Below, piece after piece: positions 24,900 through 33,863 of a stretch of 50,874 nucleotides of DNA. Every line of letters starts with the position of its first letter. Positions within the stretch are counted from its first letter, which is position 1. Made by a program: the position numbers and the translations under genes. The DNA is from a bacterium (GTDB lineage Bacteria > Patescibacteriota > Patescibacteriia > Patescibacteriales > GWC2-42-12). The stretch covers positions 1 to 50,874 of the forward strand of contig JAUSEG010000006.1 of the NCBI GenBank assembly GCA_030650415.1, written 5' to 3'. The notes below the pieces were generated by a model. The model was given only the letters and a program-made list of their open reading frames with translations. It did not search any database and was not told where the DNA came from.

Positions 24900-26847
24900 C
24901 CAAATTAAAGAATTAGTGCCCGGTCTAAAAGCCGGTCCGAAAGAAGTGGGGGAAGCTTTAAGCTTAACCGGTTTTATGATGGACAGTTTTAGCGAAGTTC
25001 TATGTAAAGGAGCTAAAGATTATTTGATCGGACTAGAAATCAGGCAAAATCGCGCTGATTGTCTTAGCGTTTTAGGTTTGGCGAGAGAAGTTGCCGCCTA
25101 CTACAACCTTAAAATCTCAATGCCGAAAGTTAAGCCAGTGGCCGGGAAGGGAAAACAATTGGATATTAAGATAGAGGCGGCTGATTATGTAAAGCGAGTT
25201 TTGGCGGTTCAAATTGATGGAATTACAAATAGAGAATCGCCGGATTGGCTTAAGGAGTATGTCGCCTTCTATGGTTTAAACAGCATAAGCCTCTTAGTTG
25301 ATTTATCAAATTATGTCATGCTGCTAACCGGCTATCCGTCGCATTTAATCGATTACAAAAAAATAACCGGTCAAGTATCATGGTCGTTAAATCGTAATTT
25401 TGACCAGATGACGACTCTATTAGGAGCTTCGGTAAAGTTGCAAAAGAATACCGAACTGATAATTAGAGACGAAAAAAATATTTTAGCTTTGGCTGGCATA
25501 GTTGGCGGGACAGAAGCGGCCATTGGCATGGAAACAACCTCGATTATCGCCGAAGTCGCAGTTTACAACCGCTCGATCGTTAGAAAAAATTCAAGGAGTT
25601 TAAGCATCACAACCGAGGCGAGCCACCGCCTGGAGAAGGAGATTGATTCAACCAGTTCATACTATGCCCTGCAATTACTGGTTTTTTTGATTATTAAATA
25701 TGCCGGAGGCGATGTCTCCAGCGGATTATTCGATTATTATCCGAAAGAACATCTTTCTCCAATAATAAAATTTGACACCAGTCTGCCCGGTAAATTTTCG
25801 GGTGTTGAAATTTCCGAGAAAAATGCGCTTAAAATATTAAAGAATTTGGATTTTAGCATTGCCAAAAAACCTGGTTCATTCTTTGTTTCCCCGCCTATTT
25901 ACAGGATGGACGTTTCAATAGCTGAAGATCTGGTTGAAGAAGTTATTAGAATGCATGGCTATAATAAAATACCTTCGAATGAAATTCCTAAGCTTGAAAT
26001 AGTCCAAGAGATTACCCCTAAAAATATCATTTTGACAGAAAAAATCAGAGACATTTTAGCTGCTTTGGGTTTCGATGAAATTTTATCGTGGCCGTTAACG
26101 AAGACTGGTGATAACGAACAGGTTAATTATCTCGATTGGAACATGGTTGCTGCGCAGAATTCATTTAATGACGCCTATCCTAACCTACGGCAATCGATAA
26201 CGGTCGGATTATTAAATCAATTGAATGAATATATCAAAAAGAAGGTTGATTTTATAAATATTTTTGAAATTGGTAAAGTTTTTGGCGAGAAGAACGGTGA
26301 ATATATGGAACATGAAGCGTTGGGAATAATCTCGACTTCAAACGTAGAGGCAATAGCAGAGTTTAAAAATAAAACGGAATCGTTATTACGTTTGATAGGG
26401 CTTGGCGATATTAAATATTTTGAGGCCGCAGCCAAACCAAAAATAGCCAATGCCAGTTCCTGTTGGGAAATTTATGCCAGCGGAGAAAATATCGGGATTT
26501 TTTATAAACTTATCCCGCAGGAAGCAAAGCTAAACGTGTATTCTGCGGAAATAAACATAACCAAAATAACCGGGCTGCTCTTAAAGATACAAAACAATCC
26601 GGTGGTTGAGATTACCCAAAAATTAATCACCCTTGACGCCAATATAGAGCTAAGCGCCAAAGAATCAATTTATAAGTATTTAGATAAACTTGAAAAAAAA
26701 TTGAATAAAAATCATATCTGGAGCGTAAATGTTGCCGATACTTATCCTTTGGGAGAGAAAGTCAGATATACCTTGCGAGTGACCTATCAGGAATTATCCG
26801 ACCAGGATGCCAAAAAAATCCATCTAAAAATTTTTGAATTAAAATAA
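24883..26847 (+). CDS. pheT: Phenylalanine--tRNA ligase beta subunit (short form, 654 aa)
   Basis: NRADCLSVLGLAREVAAYY is the typical PheT block. The gene overlaps pheS by 17 nt. Confidence 0.85.
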   Translation: MKILYSQIKELVPGLKAGPKEVGEALSLTGFMMDSFSEVLCKGAKDYLIGLEIRQNRADCLSVLGLAREVAAYYNLKISMPKVKPVAGKGKQLDIKIEAADYVKRVLAVQIDGITNRESPDWLKEYVAFYGLNSISLLVDLSNYVMLLTGYPSHLIDYKKITGQVSWSLNRNFDQMTTLLGASVKLQKNTELIIRDEKNILALAGIVGGTEAAIGMETTSIIAEVAVYNRSIVRKNSRSLSITTEASHRLEKEIDSTSSYYALQLLVFLIIKYAGGDVSSGLFDYYPKEHLSPIIKFDTSLPGKFSGVEISEKNALKILKNLDFSIAKKPGSFFVSPPIYRMDVSIAEDLVEEVIRMHGYNKIPSNEIPKLEIVQEITPKNIILTEKIRDILAALGFDEILSWPLTKTGDNEQVNYLDWNMVAAQNSFNDAYPNLRQSITVGLLNQLNEYIKKKVDFINIFEIGKVFGEKNGEYMEHEALGIISTSNVEAIAEFKNKTESLLRLIGLGDIKYFEAAAKPKIANASSCWEIYASGENIGIFYKLIPQEAKLNVYSAEINITKITGLLLKIQNNPVVEITQKLITLDANIELSAKESIYKYLDKLEKKLNKNHIWSVNVADTYPLGEKVRYTLRVTYQELSDQDAKKIHLKIFELK

Positions 26848-26934
26848 TTATTTTATGGATTTTTATAAAGGCTAAGGGCAATATTTTCTATGTTGAATTG
26901 CCGGGTAATGTTTAAAATAAAAAATTATATAAAA

Positions 26935-26966
26935 ATAGGCGCCTTAAAAGGGCGGCCTATTTTTTG
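26935..26966 (+). terminator. Intrinsic terminator after pheT
   Basis: TAGGCGCC, loop TTAAAAG, GGCGGCCTA (one bulge), followed by TTTTTT. Confidence 0.6.
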
Positions 26967-27040
26967 TGGTTTATTTAGTCTTATCGCCGATTTTATGATA
27001 TAATAGAGGCAAGAAAATTAGAAAAATTTTTCATAAAATC

Positions 27041-27799
27041 ATGGCGAAGAAACATAAAATTATTATTTATGGCTTGAGCCTGGCGTTAGCGATCGCGGCC
27101 TATCTCTTATTGGCGCATTTTTTCATTTTTTATCGCATTAAAACCGCCGGGTTAATCGCGCCGGATCGGCAGGACATCTATGTTATCGGCGCGGATAAAA
27201 CTATGGCTAAAAATTTATTATATGTTGCCTTGGGCGATAGTTTAACTGCCGGCGCGGGCGTGTTTAAGTATGAAGAATCTTATCCTTATTTATTAACCCG
27301 GAGTCTGGCCGGCGGAAAAGCGGTCGGAGCAAGCCTAAAGAATTTTTCTTATCCCGGAGCTAAGACGTCTGATTTAATAAAGGGTTTGCTGGCGCCGGCC
27401 GTGGAGGCTCAGCCGGATTTAGTTACTTTATTAATCGGCACTAATGATATTTTCGGCGGCGTTAGCCGGGCGGTTTTTAAAAAAAATTATCAGTATATAT
27501 TAGAACGTTTAACTAAGAAAACCCAAGCTAAAATTTATTTAATTAATCTGCCTCATCTTGGTACGCCTAAACTGCTCTTAACGCCTTACGATTATTATTA
27601 CGCCTGGCGCACCGATCAATTTAATAAAATTATCAGAGAATTGGCCGAAAAGTATAATCTAAATTATATTGACTTGGATCGGTCGACCAGGGCTGAATTT
27701 AAAAAAGATCGTTTACTATACGCGAAAGATTTATTTCATCCGTCGGCGGCCGGTTATAAGCTTTGGGCGCGAATAATTTATGACGATATCAATAAATAA
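27041..27799 (+). CDS. SGNH/GDSL hydrolase, membrane-anchored
   Basis: ALGDSLTAG is the GDS block, GTND is also present, and DLFHPS is the C-terminal D..H block. Confidence 0.8.
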   Translation: MAKKHKIIIYGLSLALAIAAYLLLAHFFIFYRIKTAGLIAPDRQDIYVIGADKTMAKNLLYVALGDSLTAGAGVFKYEESYPYLLTRSLAGGKAVGASLKNFSYPGAKTSDLIKGLLAPAVEAQPDLVTLLIGTNDIFGGVSRAVFKKNYQYILERLTKKTQAKIYLINLPHLGTPKLLLTPYDYYYAWRTDQFNKIIRELAEKYNLNYIDLDRSTRAEFKKDRLLYAKDLFHPSAAGYKLWARIIYDDINK

Positions 27800-28928
27800 C
27801 CCGGTCGAATCAACTTATATTTTTGCCGCCATACTCTTAGTGGCGATTATAGTTTGGACGCGCCGGCGCCGAGGCGGTGATTTTTTTCCGCCCGAAGCAA
27901 CTCAAGAGCTTAAAGGCTTGGCGATTTTAGCCATAGTTTTTTCGCATATCGGCTATTTTTTAATTTCCGGACAAAAATTTCTTTTTCCTTTATCGGTTAT
28001 GGCCGGAGTGGGCGTAAATTTATTTTTATTTTTATCCGGTTACGGCCTGACCGCCAGTTCCATAAAAAGCAAGTTTACATGGAAAAAAATTGGGCAATTC
28101 TATCGGTGCCGCTGGTTAAAATTATTTATGCCTTTTTGGCTGACTTTGGCAGTTTTTTTTCTTTTAGATTATTTTTTGCTTGATTTAAATTATGGCCTAA
28201 GCTATCTGGTTCAGTCTTTTTTAGGATTTTTTCCTCGAGCCGATTTATATAATGACGTTAATTCACCTCTCTGGTATTTTAGCTTGATTTTGTTTTACTA
28301 CTTGCTTTTCCCCTTGGTTTTTCTCCTGAGAAATCATCGCCTGTCGGCGCTAGCGGTTTATTTAATCACTTACTTAATAATCTGGTTGAATCCCGGTTAT
28401 TTAAGCCAGGTTATGCATCTATACAAGGTTCATATCCTGGCTTTTCCTCTAGGCATGCTCTTCGCCAGCCTGTATTATGAACCGAATAATTTTTTAAATC
28501 AGGTCGTTTTTCGCATTCGGAGCCTGGTTTCAGGAAGTTCATCCGGAGTTAAATATTTTAAAAAAATCTTTTACTGGATTTTTGTAATAATTCTTTTAGC
28601 CATCGCCGTCTATACGGCAGATTATTCGAATATCGGCAGCTACAAGGAAGAATTTACCAGTATCATTACCATGTCGGCGCTGATAATTCTATTTTTAATT
28701 AAGAAAATTAATTTTGGCTTTTTATATATTGTAGGCGTATATTCTTATGAAATATACTTGCTCCATTGGCCGATTCTTTACCGCTACGAAATGTTTTATG
28801 GGTCCATGCCGGCTTGGCTGGCGACCGCCCTGTATTTATTATTGTTTTTAATTCTCGGCTTGGCGTTAAAAAAAGTTTCGGAGGTGGTTTTGAAATTTTT
28901 TAATCGAGGGGAGAAAATAGTTAATTAA
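27780..28928 (+). CDS. Acyltransferase-3 family membrane protein (O-acyltransferase)
   Basis: LKGLAILAIVFSHIGY is the N-terminal motif. The protein has about 10 TM segments and its gene overlaps the SGNH gene by 20 nt. Confidence 0.75.
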   Translation: MTISINNPVESTYIFAAILLVAIIVWTRRRRGGDFFPPEATQELKGLAILAIVFSHIGYFLISGQKFLFPLSVMAGVGVNLFLFLSGYGLTASSIKSKFTWKKIGQFYRCRWLKLFMPFWLTLAVFFLLDYFLLDLNYGLSYLVQSFLGFFPRADLYNDVNSPLWYFSLILFYYLLFPLVFLLRNHRLSALAVYLITYLIIWLNPGYLSQVMHLYKVHILAFPLGMLFASLYYEPNNFLNQVVFRIRSLVSGSSSGVKYFKKIFYWIFVIILLAIAVYTADYSNIGSYKEEFTSIITMSALIILFLIKKINFGFLYIVGVYSYEIYLLHWPILYRYEMFYGSMPAWLATALYLLLFLILGLALKKVSEVVLKFFNRGEKIVN

Positions 28929-28931
28929 TTT

Positions 28932-30275
28932 ATGAAACAGCGATTGGCAAAATTAATTCCAGCCGGCAGCGTGGTTTTAGGCATTACTATTTTAATTTCC
29001 TATTCATTGGGCTTGGTCCGCGATCATTATTTCGCCCGGATTTTTGGCGCTAGCCGGGCCTTAGACGCTTACAACGCGGCTTTTTTAATTCCCGATTTGC
29101 TATTTAATATTCTGGTCGCGAGCGGCATCGCCGCGGCTTTCGTTCCGGTCTTAACCGGGCTTTTAAAGCTGGACGCAAAGCGCGCCGCCGAATACGCCAA
29201 TTCGGTTATTACGGCCGCTATCGGATCGATGATTATTACTTCGGCGATTATTATGGTTTTTGCCGGTCCGATTAGCGCCTTGGTGGTTCCCGGCTTTGAT
29301 TTAACGGATCGAGCTCTAGTAGCTAAAATTCTTCGCGTCTTGGCTATTTCGCCGATATTTTTCGGCATCTCTAATGCCATCGGCGCCATGCTTGTCACTA
29401 AGCGGCGTTTTCTCTATTACGGCCTGTCGCCGGTTTTATATAATTTGGGAATTATCGGCGGTACGATTTTCCTCGCTCCGCGTTTTGGAATTATGGGCGT
29501 GGCTTTTGGCACGGTCGGCGGAGCCTTTCTTCATTTCGCCGTCAGATGGTTTGACGCGCGGCGGTCCGGCTTTGTTTTTAGTTTTAAACATGCCTTTAAG
29601 ACCGCGGAATTTAAGCAAACGATTAAGCTGATGCTGCCGAAAATGTTCGGCCACCCAATCGAGCTCGCGACTTTTTGGGCCTTTACGGCCATTAGCTCCA
29701 CCTTGGTTCCCGGCTCGGTGGCGGTTATGAGTTTTGCCAGAAATTTTGAAAGCGTGCCGGTCAGCCTAATCGGCATAACCATCGCTACCACGACTTTTCC
29801 GATTTTAGCCATGACGATTGTCGATCGTTCGGTTGAACGCTTCCGGAAAGTTTTAAGAAATTCTTTTCTGCTAATATTTTTTACGAGCATCGCCGCCGCT
29901 TTGGTGACTTTCTTGATTAGAGAACCCTTGGTTAGCTTGGCTTTAGGCGGCGGAGCGTTTAAGGCCGGCGACATTGAGAGAACAGCCATGGCTCTAGGCG
30001 TCTTTACTTTGGCCATACCGGCCGAGGCTTCAATTCAGCTCTTGGCGCGCGCTTTTTATGCCACAAAAAACACGATCATTCCGGTCGTGCTAAGTATCGC
30101 GGGTTTTATTATTTCGGTCGGCGGCGCCTATTTACTCGTGCCGCGCTATGAGATTTTAGCTTTGCCGCTGGGATTTTTTATGGGCGGGGCGGTGGAATTA
30201 GTTTTATTAGGATTCTTAATTTCTATAAGGACAAAAAAATTGTTTGATCATGTCGCTAAAAATGAAATACTTTAA
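28932..30275 (+). CDS. murJ: Lipid II flippase MurJ
   Basis: LGLVRDHYFARIFGASRALDAYNAAFLIPDLLFNILVASGIAAAFVPVL matches the MurJ/MviN N-terminal signature. Confidence 0.8.
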   Translation: MKQRLAKLIPAGSVVLGITILISYSLGLVRDHYFARIFGASRALDAYNAAFLIPDLLFNILVASGIAAAFVPVLTGLLKLDAKRAAEYANSVITAAIGSMIITSAIIMVFAGPISALVVPGFDLTDRALVAKILRVLAISPIFFGISNAIGAMLVTKRRFLYYGLSPVLYNLGIIGGTIFLAPRFGIMGVAFGTVGGAFLHFAVRWFDARRSGFVFSFKHAFKTAEFKQTIKLMLPKMFGHPIELATFWAFTAISSTLVPGSVAVMSFARNFESVPVSLIGITIATTTFPILAMTIVDRSVERFRKVLRNSFLLIFFTSIAAALVTFLIREPLVSLALGGGAFKAGDIERTAMALGVFTLAIPAEASIQLLARAFYATKNTIIPVVLSIAGFIISVGGAYLLVPRYEILALPLGFFMGGAVELVLLGFLISIRTKKLFDHVAKNEIL

Positions 30276-30276
30276 G

Positions 30277-30465
30277 GCAATTGTCTGGCGTTAGTAATTT
30301 TTTCTCCGCCAGCTGGCGGATCGCTCACACCATTTTTTAAGTTATATTTTAATATTTTTGTTGAAACCAGGACAGGAAATTATTAATAGTTTGGGACAGG
30401 GGGAGAAAAAATGGTGGGGGCTCAAACAATCCTCACTTCAAAAATTACTAACGCCAGACAATTGC
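30277..30465. repeat. 26-bp perfect inverted repeat with a 137-nt spacer between convergent genes
   Basis: GCAATTGTCTGGCGTTAGTAATTTTT at 30277-30302 pairs with AAAAATTACTAACGCCAGACAATTGC at 30440-30465. Confidence 0.85.
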
Positions 30466-30472
30466 TAATTTG

Positions 30473-31162
30473 TTACTTCGATATAATCAACGCGATTTTC
30501 CTATTTGCTTCCATTTTCTTCGTGGCGTTATTCCAGTCGGCCGAAGCTTTTTGCAAAACAGAAAATGAGTATTCATTGCCTTCGCCATTATCGGTGCCCG
30601 GGTCGTTAACTATGAAAGTGTGACCCCTGAAACCCCTGACGACTATCATATGGTAAGTTGGGCCGTCTTTTAAATATTGCGGACTGTTTAAGAGTTTAGC
30701 GTTAATGGGCAGTAAGATCGGCTGTCCTTTAAGCAGCTCGGTTTTTAAATTCGCTTCCGTATAGTCTTTTATTTCCTTAACTTTTAAGCCGAAAGCCTCT
30801 CGCGCCATTCTGGTCGTGGCGCCGGCTCCGGTGTCGGCGTTATAGCCTAAATTGGCTTGTTCCCAGGTTTTTAAATAATTTATGGACTCTTGAGTCAGGG
30901 GAGCGGACAGTTTTTTTTCCAGGTTGCCGTCTAAAAAGGCCTTAACCATAACTAGACTGGTTTCTTCGCAGTCCTCATTGCGGCTCCAGTTGTTAGTCGG
31001 AGCTTGAGCGCTAAAAGGCACTTCCAGGATAAAGCTGGTTGGGAAGTTTTTTAGTGCCGCGATTTTTATAACATAAAATCCGGCTCCGCTTAATAAAATA
31101 AAAGCCATTCCGACATAGAACCAGTATGATTTTAGACTTTTCATATTTAATTTATTAATCAT
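30473..31162 (-). CDS. Peptidase C39-like domain protein, membrane-anchored
   Basis: FSAQAPTNNWSRNEDCEETSLVMVKAF carries the C39_2-type Cys. I prefer the ATG at 31162 to the track TTG at 31165. Confidence 0.65.
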   Translation of the reverse strand: MINKLNMKSLKSYWFYVGMAFILLSGAGFYVIKIAALKNFPTSFILEVPFSAQAPTNNWSRNEDCEETSLVMVKAFLDGNLEKKLSAPLTQESINYLKTWEQANLGYNADTGAGATTRMAREAFGLKVKEIKDYTEANLKTELLKGQPILLPINAKLLNSPQYLKDGPTYHMIVVRGFRGHTFIVNDPGTDNGEGNEYSFSVLQKASADWNNATKKMEANRKIALIISK

Positions 31163-31272
31163 CAAATAAAGATTTTACGGCCGTAGAGCTTTGCTCGCTG
31201 TAAAATCTTTATTTGATACTTTATATTTTTTGAAAATATTAAAAACTTTTTCTAAAAAAGTTTTTAAAGGTA

Positions 31273-32085
31273 TTATTTTGAAACCACAATCATTAATTTC
31301 TTGGACTGGTCTATGGTATCGGTCTTATGATCCCAGTCCGCGCCCGCGCTATAGAGAGTCTTAAAAGCGTAAGAGTAGTTCTGCCCGAGCCGGGTGCCGG
31401 AGTCATTGGTAATTAGTTTAGTCTCAGTATAGCCGCGGATTACCAGCATATGGTAAATCGGTCCGGGCTGTTTGTAATTAGGGTTGCCAATCACTCGTCC
31501 GTTGACCGGTAAAATTACGACATGCTGTAAATTGAGTTCACGCTTAATATCCGCTAAAGTATAGTCGTTAAAAACTTTCGCTTGCAAACCGTAGAAACCC
31601 TCAATCATCCGCGCGGTTTCTTCCGTCGTAGAGTCTAGGTGGTAGCCGAGGTTTTTATCCTGCCAGACAGTTAAATCGCTAATTTCTTTTTCCACTCGGG
31701 TCGCGGGAATAACCGCGTTTCGGTCGCCGGTTAAATAGGCGTTAGCCATTATGGCGCTCGCTTCCTCGCAAGCTTCGTTATGAAGCTTGTCCCAGTTGCC
31801 AGTCGGCGCTTGGGGCGTAAAGGGAATTTGCAGATTTAATAGGTTCGGATTTTTGGGAGCCGGAACAGCCGTTTCGGGCGCTGGCGCGGTTATTTCAGGC
31901 GTCGGAGTTTTAATATCCGCGAGCGGGCTGCTATTTTCGGTCGTGGCAGTTGTCTTTTCAATTTGATCATTGTCATTAATAACTTTTGGCACTTTACTGT
32001 TGAAAAAATTAATCGCCACCGCCAAAAGAATTATCGCGACAATAAGCAAGAGACCGTAAATTTTTATTTTTTTTGGATTTGTCAT
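31273..32085 (-). CDS. Peptidase C39-like domain protein, paralog
   Basis: FTPQAPTGNWDKLHNEACEEASAIMANAY. The architecture matches that of 30473-31162. Confidence 0.65.
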   Translation of the reverse strand: MTNPKKIKIYGLLLIVAIILLAVAINFFNSKVPKVINDNDQIEKTTATTENSSPLADIKTPTPEITAPAPETAVPAPKNPNLLNLQIPFTPQAPTGNWDKLHNEACEEASAIMANAYLTGDRNAVIPATRVEKEISDLTVWQDKNLGYHLDSTTEETARMIEGFYGLQAKVFNDYTLADIKRELNLQHVVILPVNGRVIGNPNYKQPGPIYHMLVIRGYTETKLITNDSGTRLGQNYSYAFKTLYSAGADWDHKTDTIDQSKKLMIVVSK

Positions 32086-32221
32086 AATCGTGAGATTTAA
32101 TTATAGGCTTTATCGCGGTATTTGTATATAGCGCTTTTCGCTTGTAAAATTATCCAATATATGATAATTTACTTTTGTTAATTGTCCTTTTTAACAATCA
32201 ACCTAAAGAACGGAAATAAAC

Positions 32222-33271
32222 ATGAAAATCATACCCAACGAGAGAATCACCATGCGTCGTTTTGACGACCTGCACTGCCATTTTCGGCTCAACCCGCTTC
32301 TAACCGAAGTTTTGCCTTATACCACGCGCTACGCTAGCCGGGCGATCGCTATGCCAAACACTCGGCCGCGCGCCATCCTTACCGGCAAAGACGTAATTTG
32401 GTATCGCAATGAAATTATGAAGGCGCTCGAAGTTTCGTCCGATTCGGAAGCGGATTTTGAGCCACTCATGACCATCGAGATCAGAGATAACACTTCGTCG
32501 AAGATGATTGAGGAAGCGTGTAGGGCAGGCGCGATCGCCGGCAAGGTCTATCCTCTCGGGGTTACCACCAATTCGGACGAAGGGCTCAAGAATTTTTTTA
32601 AGCCGGAAATTTTGGATACTTTTTGGGCCATGCAGGACGAGGGTATGTTGCTTCTTCTCCATGGCGAGCTGGATTTGCCACGAACACTGGTGACGAAACG
32701 GGAACGGGCTTTTCTGCCGATTCTTCGAACCCTGGCCGAAAAGTTTCCGGAATTGAAAATTGTGCTTGAGCATGTTTCGAGCGAAAGAGGGATCAATATG
32801 GTGGAGCGGCTCGGCGACAACGTGGCCGCGACGATTACCGCCCATCATCTCTGCTTGACCTTGAACGATGTCATCGGCGATGGGATAAGGCCACATCACG
32901 GTTGCAATCCCATGCCCAAGGATTTTCATGATCTCGACGCGCTCCTAAGGGCGGCGACCAGTGGCGATCCGAAGTTTTTTTTGGGTTCAGACTCGGCGCC
33001 TCATCCGAAAGAGAAGAAAGAAGGCGCTAAAGGTTCTTGCGGCGTTTTTACCGCGCCGGTTTTGCCCGAGCTTTTGGCCGAGATTTTCGAGAAAGAGGGA
33101 AAACTCGATCGGCTCGAAGATTTCACTTCGCGTTTCGGCGCCGAGTTCTACGGTTTGCCCCTGAACCAGGGGACTATCACGTTGGTGAAAAACAAATGGA
33201 TCGTGCCGGAGCAGATTGGCAGCGTGGTGCCGTTCCGCGCCGGAACCGAACTCCAGTGGCGGCATCAATAA
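32222..33271 (+). CDS. pyrC: Dihydroorotase (E. coli-type class II)
   Basis: DDLHCHFR, AIAMPNT, LLLHGE, VLEH and FLGSDSAPH occur in the order seen in E. coli PyrC. The gene is clearly more G+C-rich than its neighbours. Confidence 0.85.
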   Translation: MKIIPNERITMRRFDDLHCHFRLNPLLTEVLPYTTRYASRAIAMPNTRPRAILTGKDVIWYRNEIMKALEVSSDSEADFEPLMTIEIRDNTSSKMIEEACRAGAIAGKVYPLGVTTNSDEGLKNFFKPEILDTFWAMQDEGMLLLLHGELDLPRTLVTKRERAFLPILRTLAEKFPELKIVLEHVSSERGINMVERLGDNVAATITAHHLCLTLNDVIGDGIRPHHGCNPMPKDFHDLDALLRAATSGDPKFFLGSDSAPHPKEKKEGAKGSCGVFTAPVLPELLAEIFEKEGKLDRLEDFTSRFGAEFYGLPLNQGTITLVKNKWIVPEQIGSVVPFRAGTELQWRHQ

Positions 33272-33274
33272 TCA

Positions 33275-33323
33275 CCCCGCCCACTTTAATCGTAAAAAAC
33301 GATTTTTAGTGGGCGGTTTTTTA
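33275..33323 (+). terminator. Intrinsic terminator after pyrC
   Basis: CCGCCCACT (33277-33285) pairs with AGTGGGCGG (33308-33316) and is followed by TTTTTT. Confidence 0.75.
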
Positions 33324-33395
33324 TTTAAAAAAATTGCCGCGCGCGATTATAAGGCCAAGCCTTGCATAAAAATATGAAAGTGATATTATAAGAGT

Positions 33396-33695
33396 GTGCT
33401 GTGGTTAAGAAATGGAGGTAAACCGTTAAAACAAATCAAACCGATGGAACCAACGGATCACGGAACAACAGCCCAGCGAGTGGCCGGTTGTTTAGACTTT
33501 CAACCTTCGCTCATCTACCGATATTGCCTATGAATATCATCAACACTTCTCGCACTTCCTAATGCCCTTAGGCGGCCCCCCGAACGGGGCCTTTGGTAAA
33601 CTCAACCTCCTTGGGTATGGAGGGTCGCTTGCAACGCAGGCGAAAACAGCCCACCTGGCAATCTTGAGCACCAAGCTCTCGGTTGCCTCTTTTTA
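33396..33695 (+). ncRNA. Candidate stand-alone ~300-nt transcript of unknown class
   Basis: TTGCAT-N16-TATTAT lies at 33362-33389. A terminator GGCAA...TTGCC plus TCTTTTT lies at 33657-33695. Internal hairpins include GGCCCC/GGGGCC, CCTCC/GGAGG and GCTTGC/GCAGGC. There is no ORF. A separate typA promoter follows. Confidence 0.4.
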
Positions 33696-33699
33696 TCCT

Positions 33700-33728
33700 T
33701 TGACTTTTTATGAATGATGTAGTATAGT
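33700..33728 (+). promoter_or_regulatory. Sigma70-like promoter TTGACT-N17-TATAGT upstream of typA
   Basis: TTGACT lies at 33700-33705 and TATAGT at 33723-33728. Confidence 0.5.
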
Positions 33729-33863
33729 AATTATCAAAGTTGCCGCACTAAGTGGCGGTTTTTATTTATACACGAAAAGAACGAACAATAAAGACAAAAA
33801 GTATTAATCAGATAATAATTTTGGCAATTTATTTCGTTTAGCTTCGTTAAGTTTATATATTTT

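Noticed and set aside
29069-30016. Antisense and alternative-frame ORFs inside murJ (29069..29398, 29374..29631, 29436..29654, 29531..30016)
   Set aside because: They are shadow ORFs caused by the Ala/Gly-rich, relatively G+C-rich murJ sequence. The murJ frame carries the family signature.
32300-33309. Multiple long ORFs antisense or out of frame in pyrC (e.g. 32300..32929, 209 aa)
   Set aside because: They are a product of the elevated G+C of pyrC. Their composition is Arg/Pro/Gly-rich junk, while the pyrC frame has all the metal-ligand motifs.
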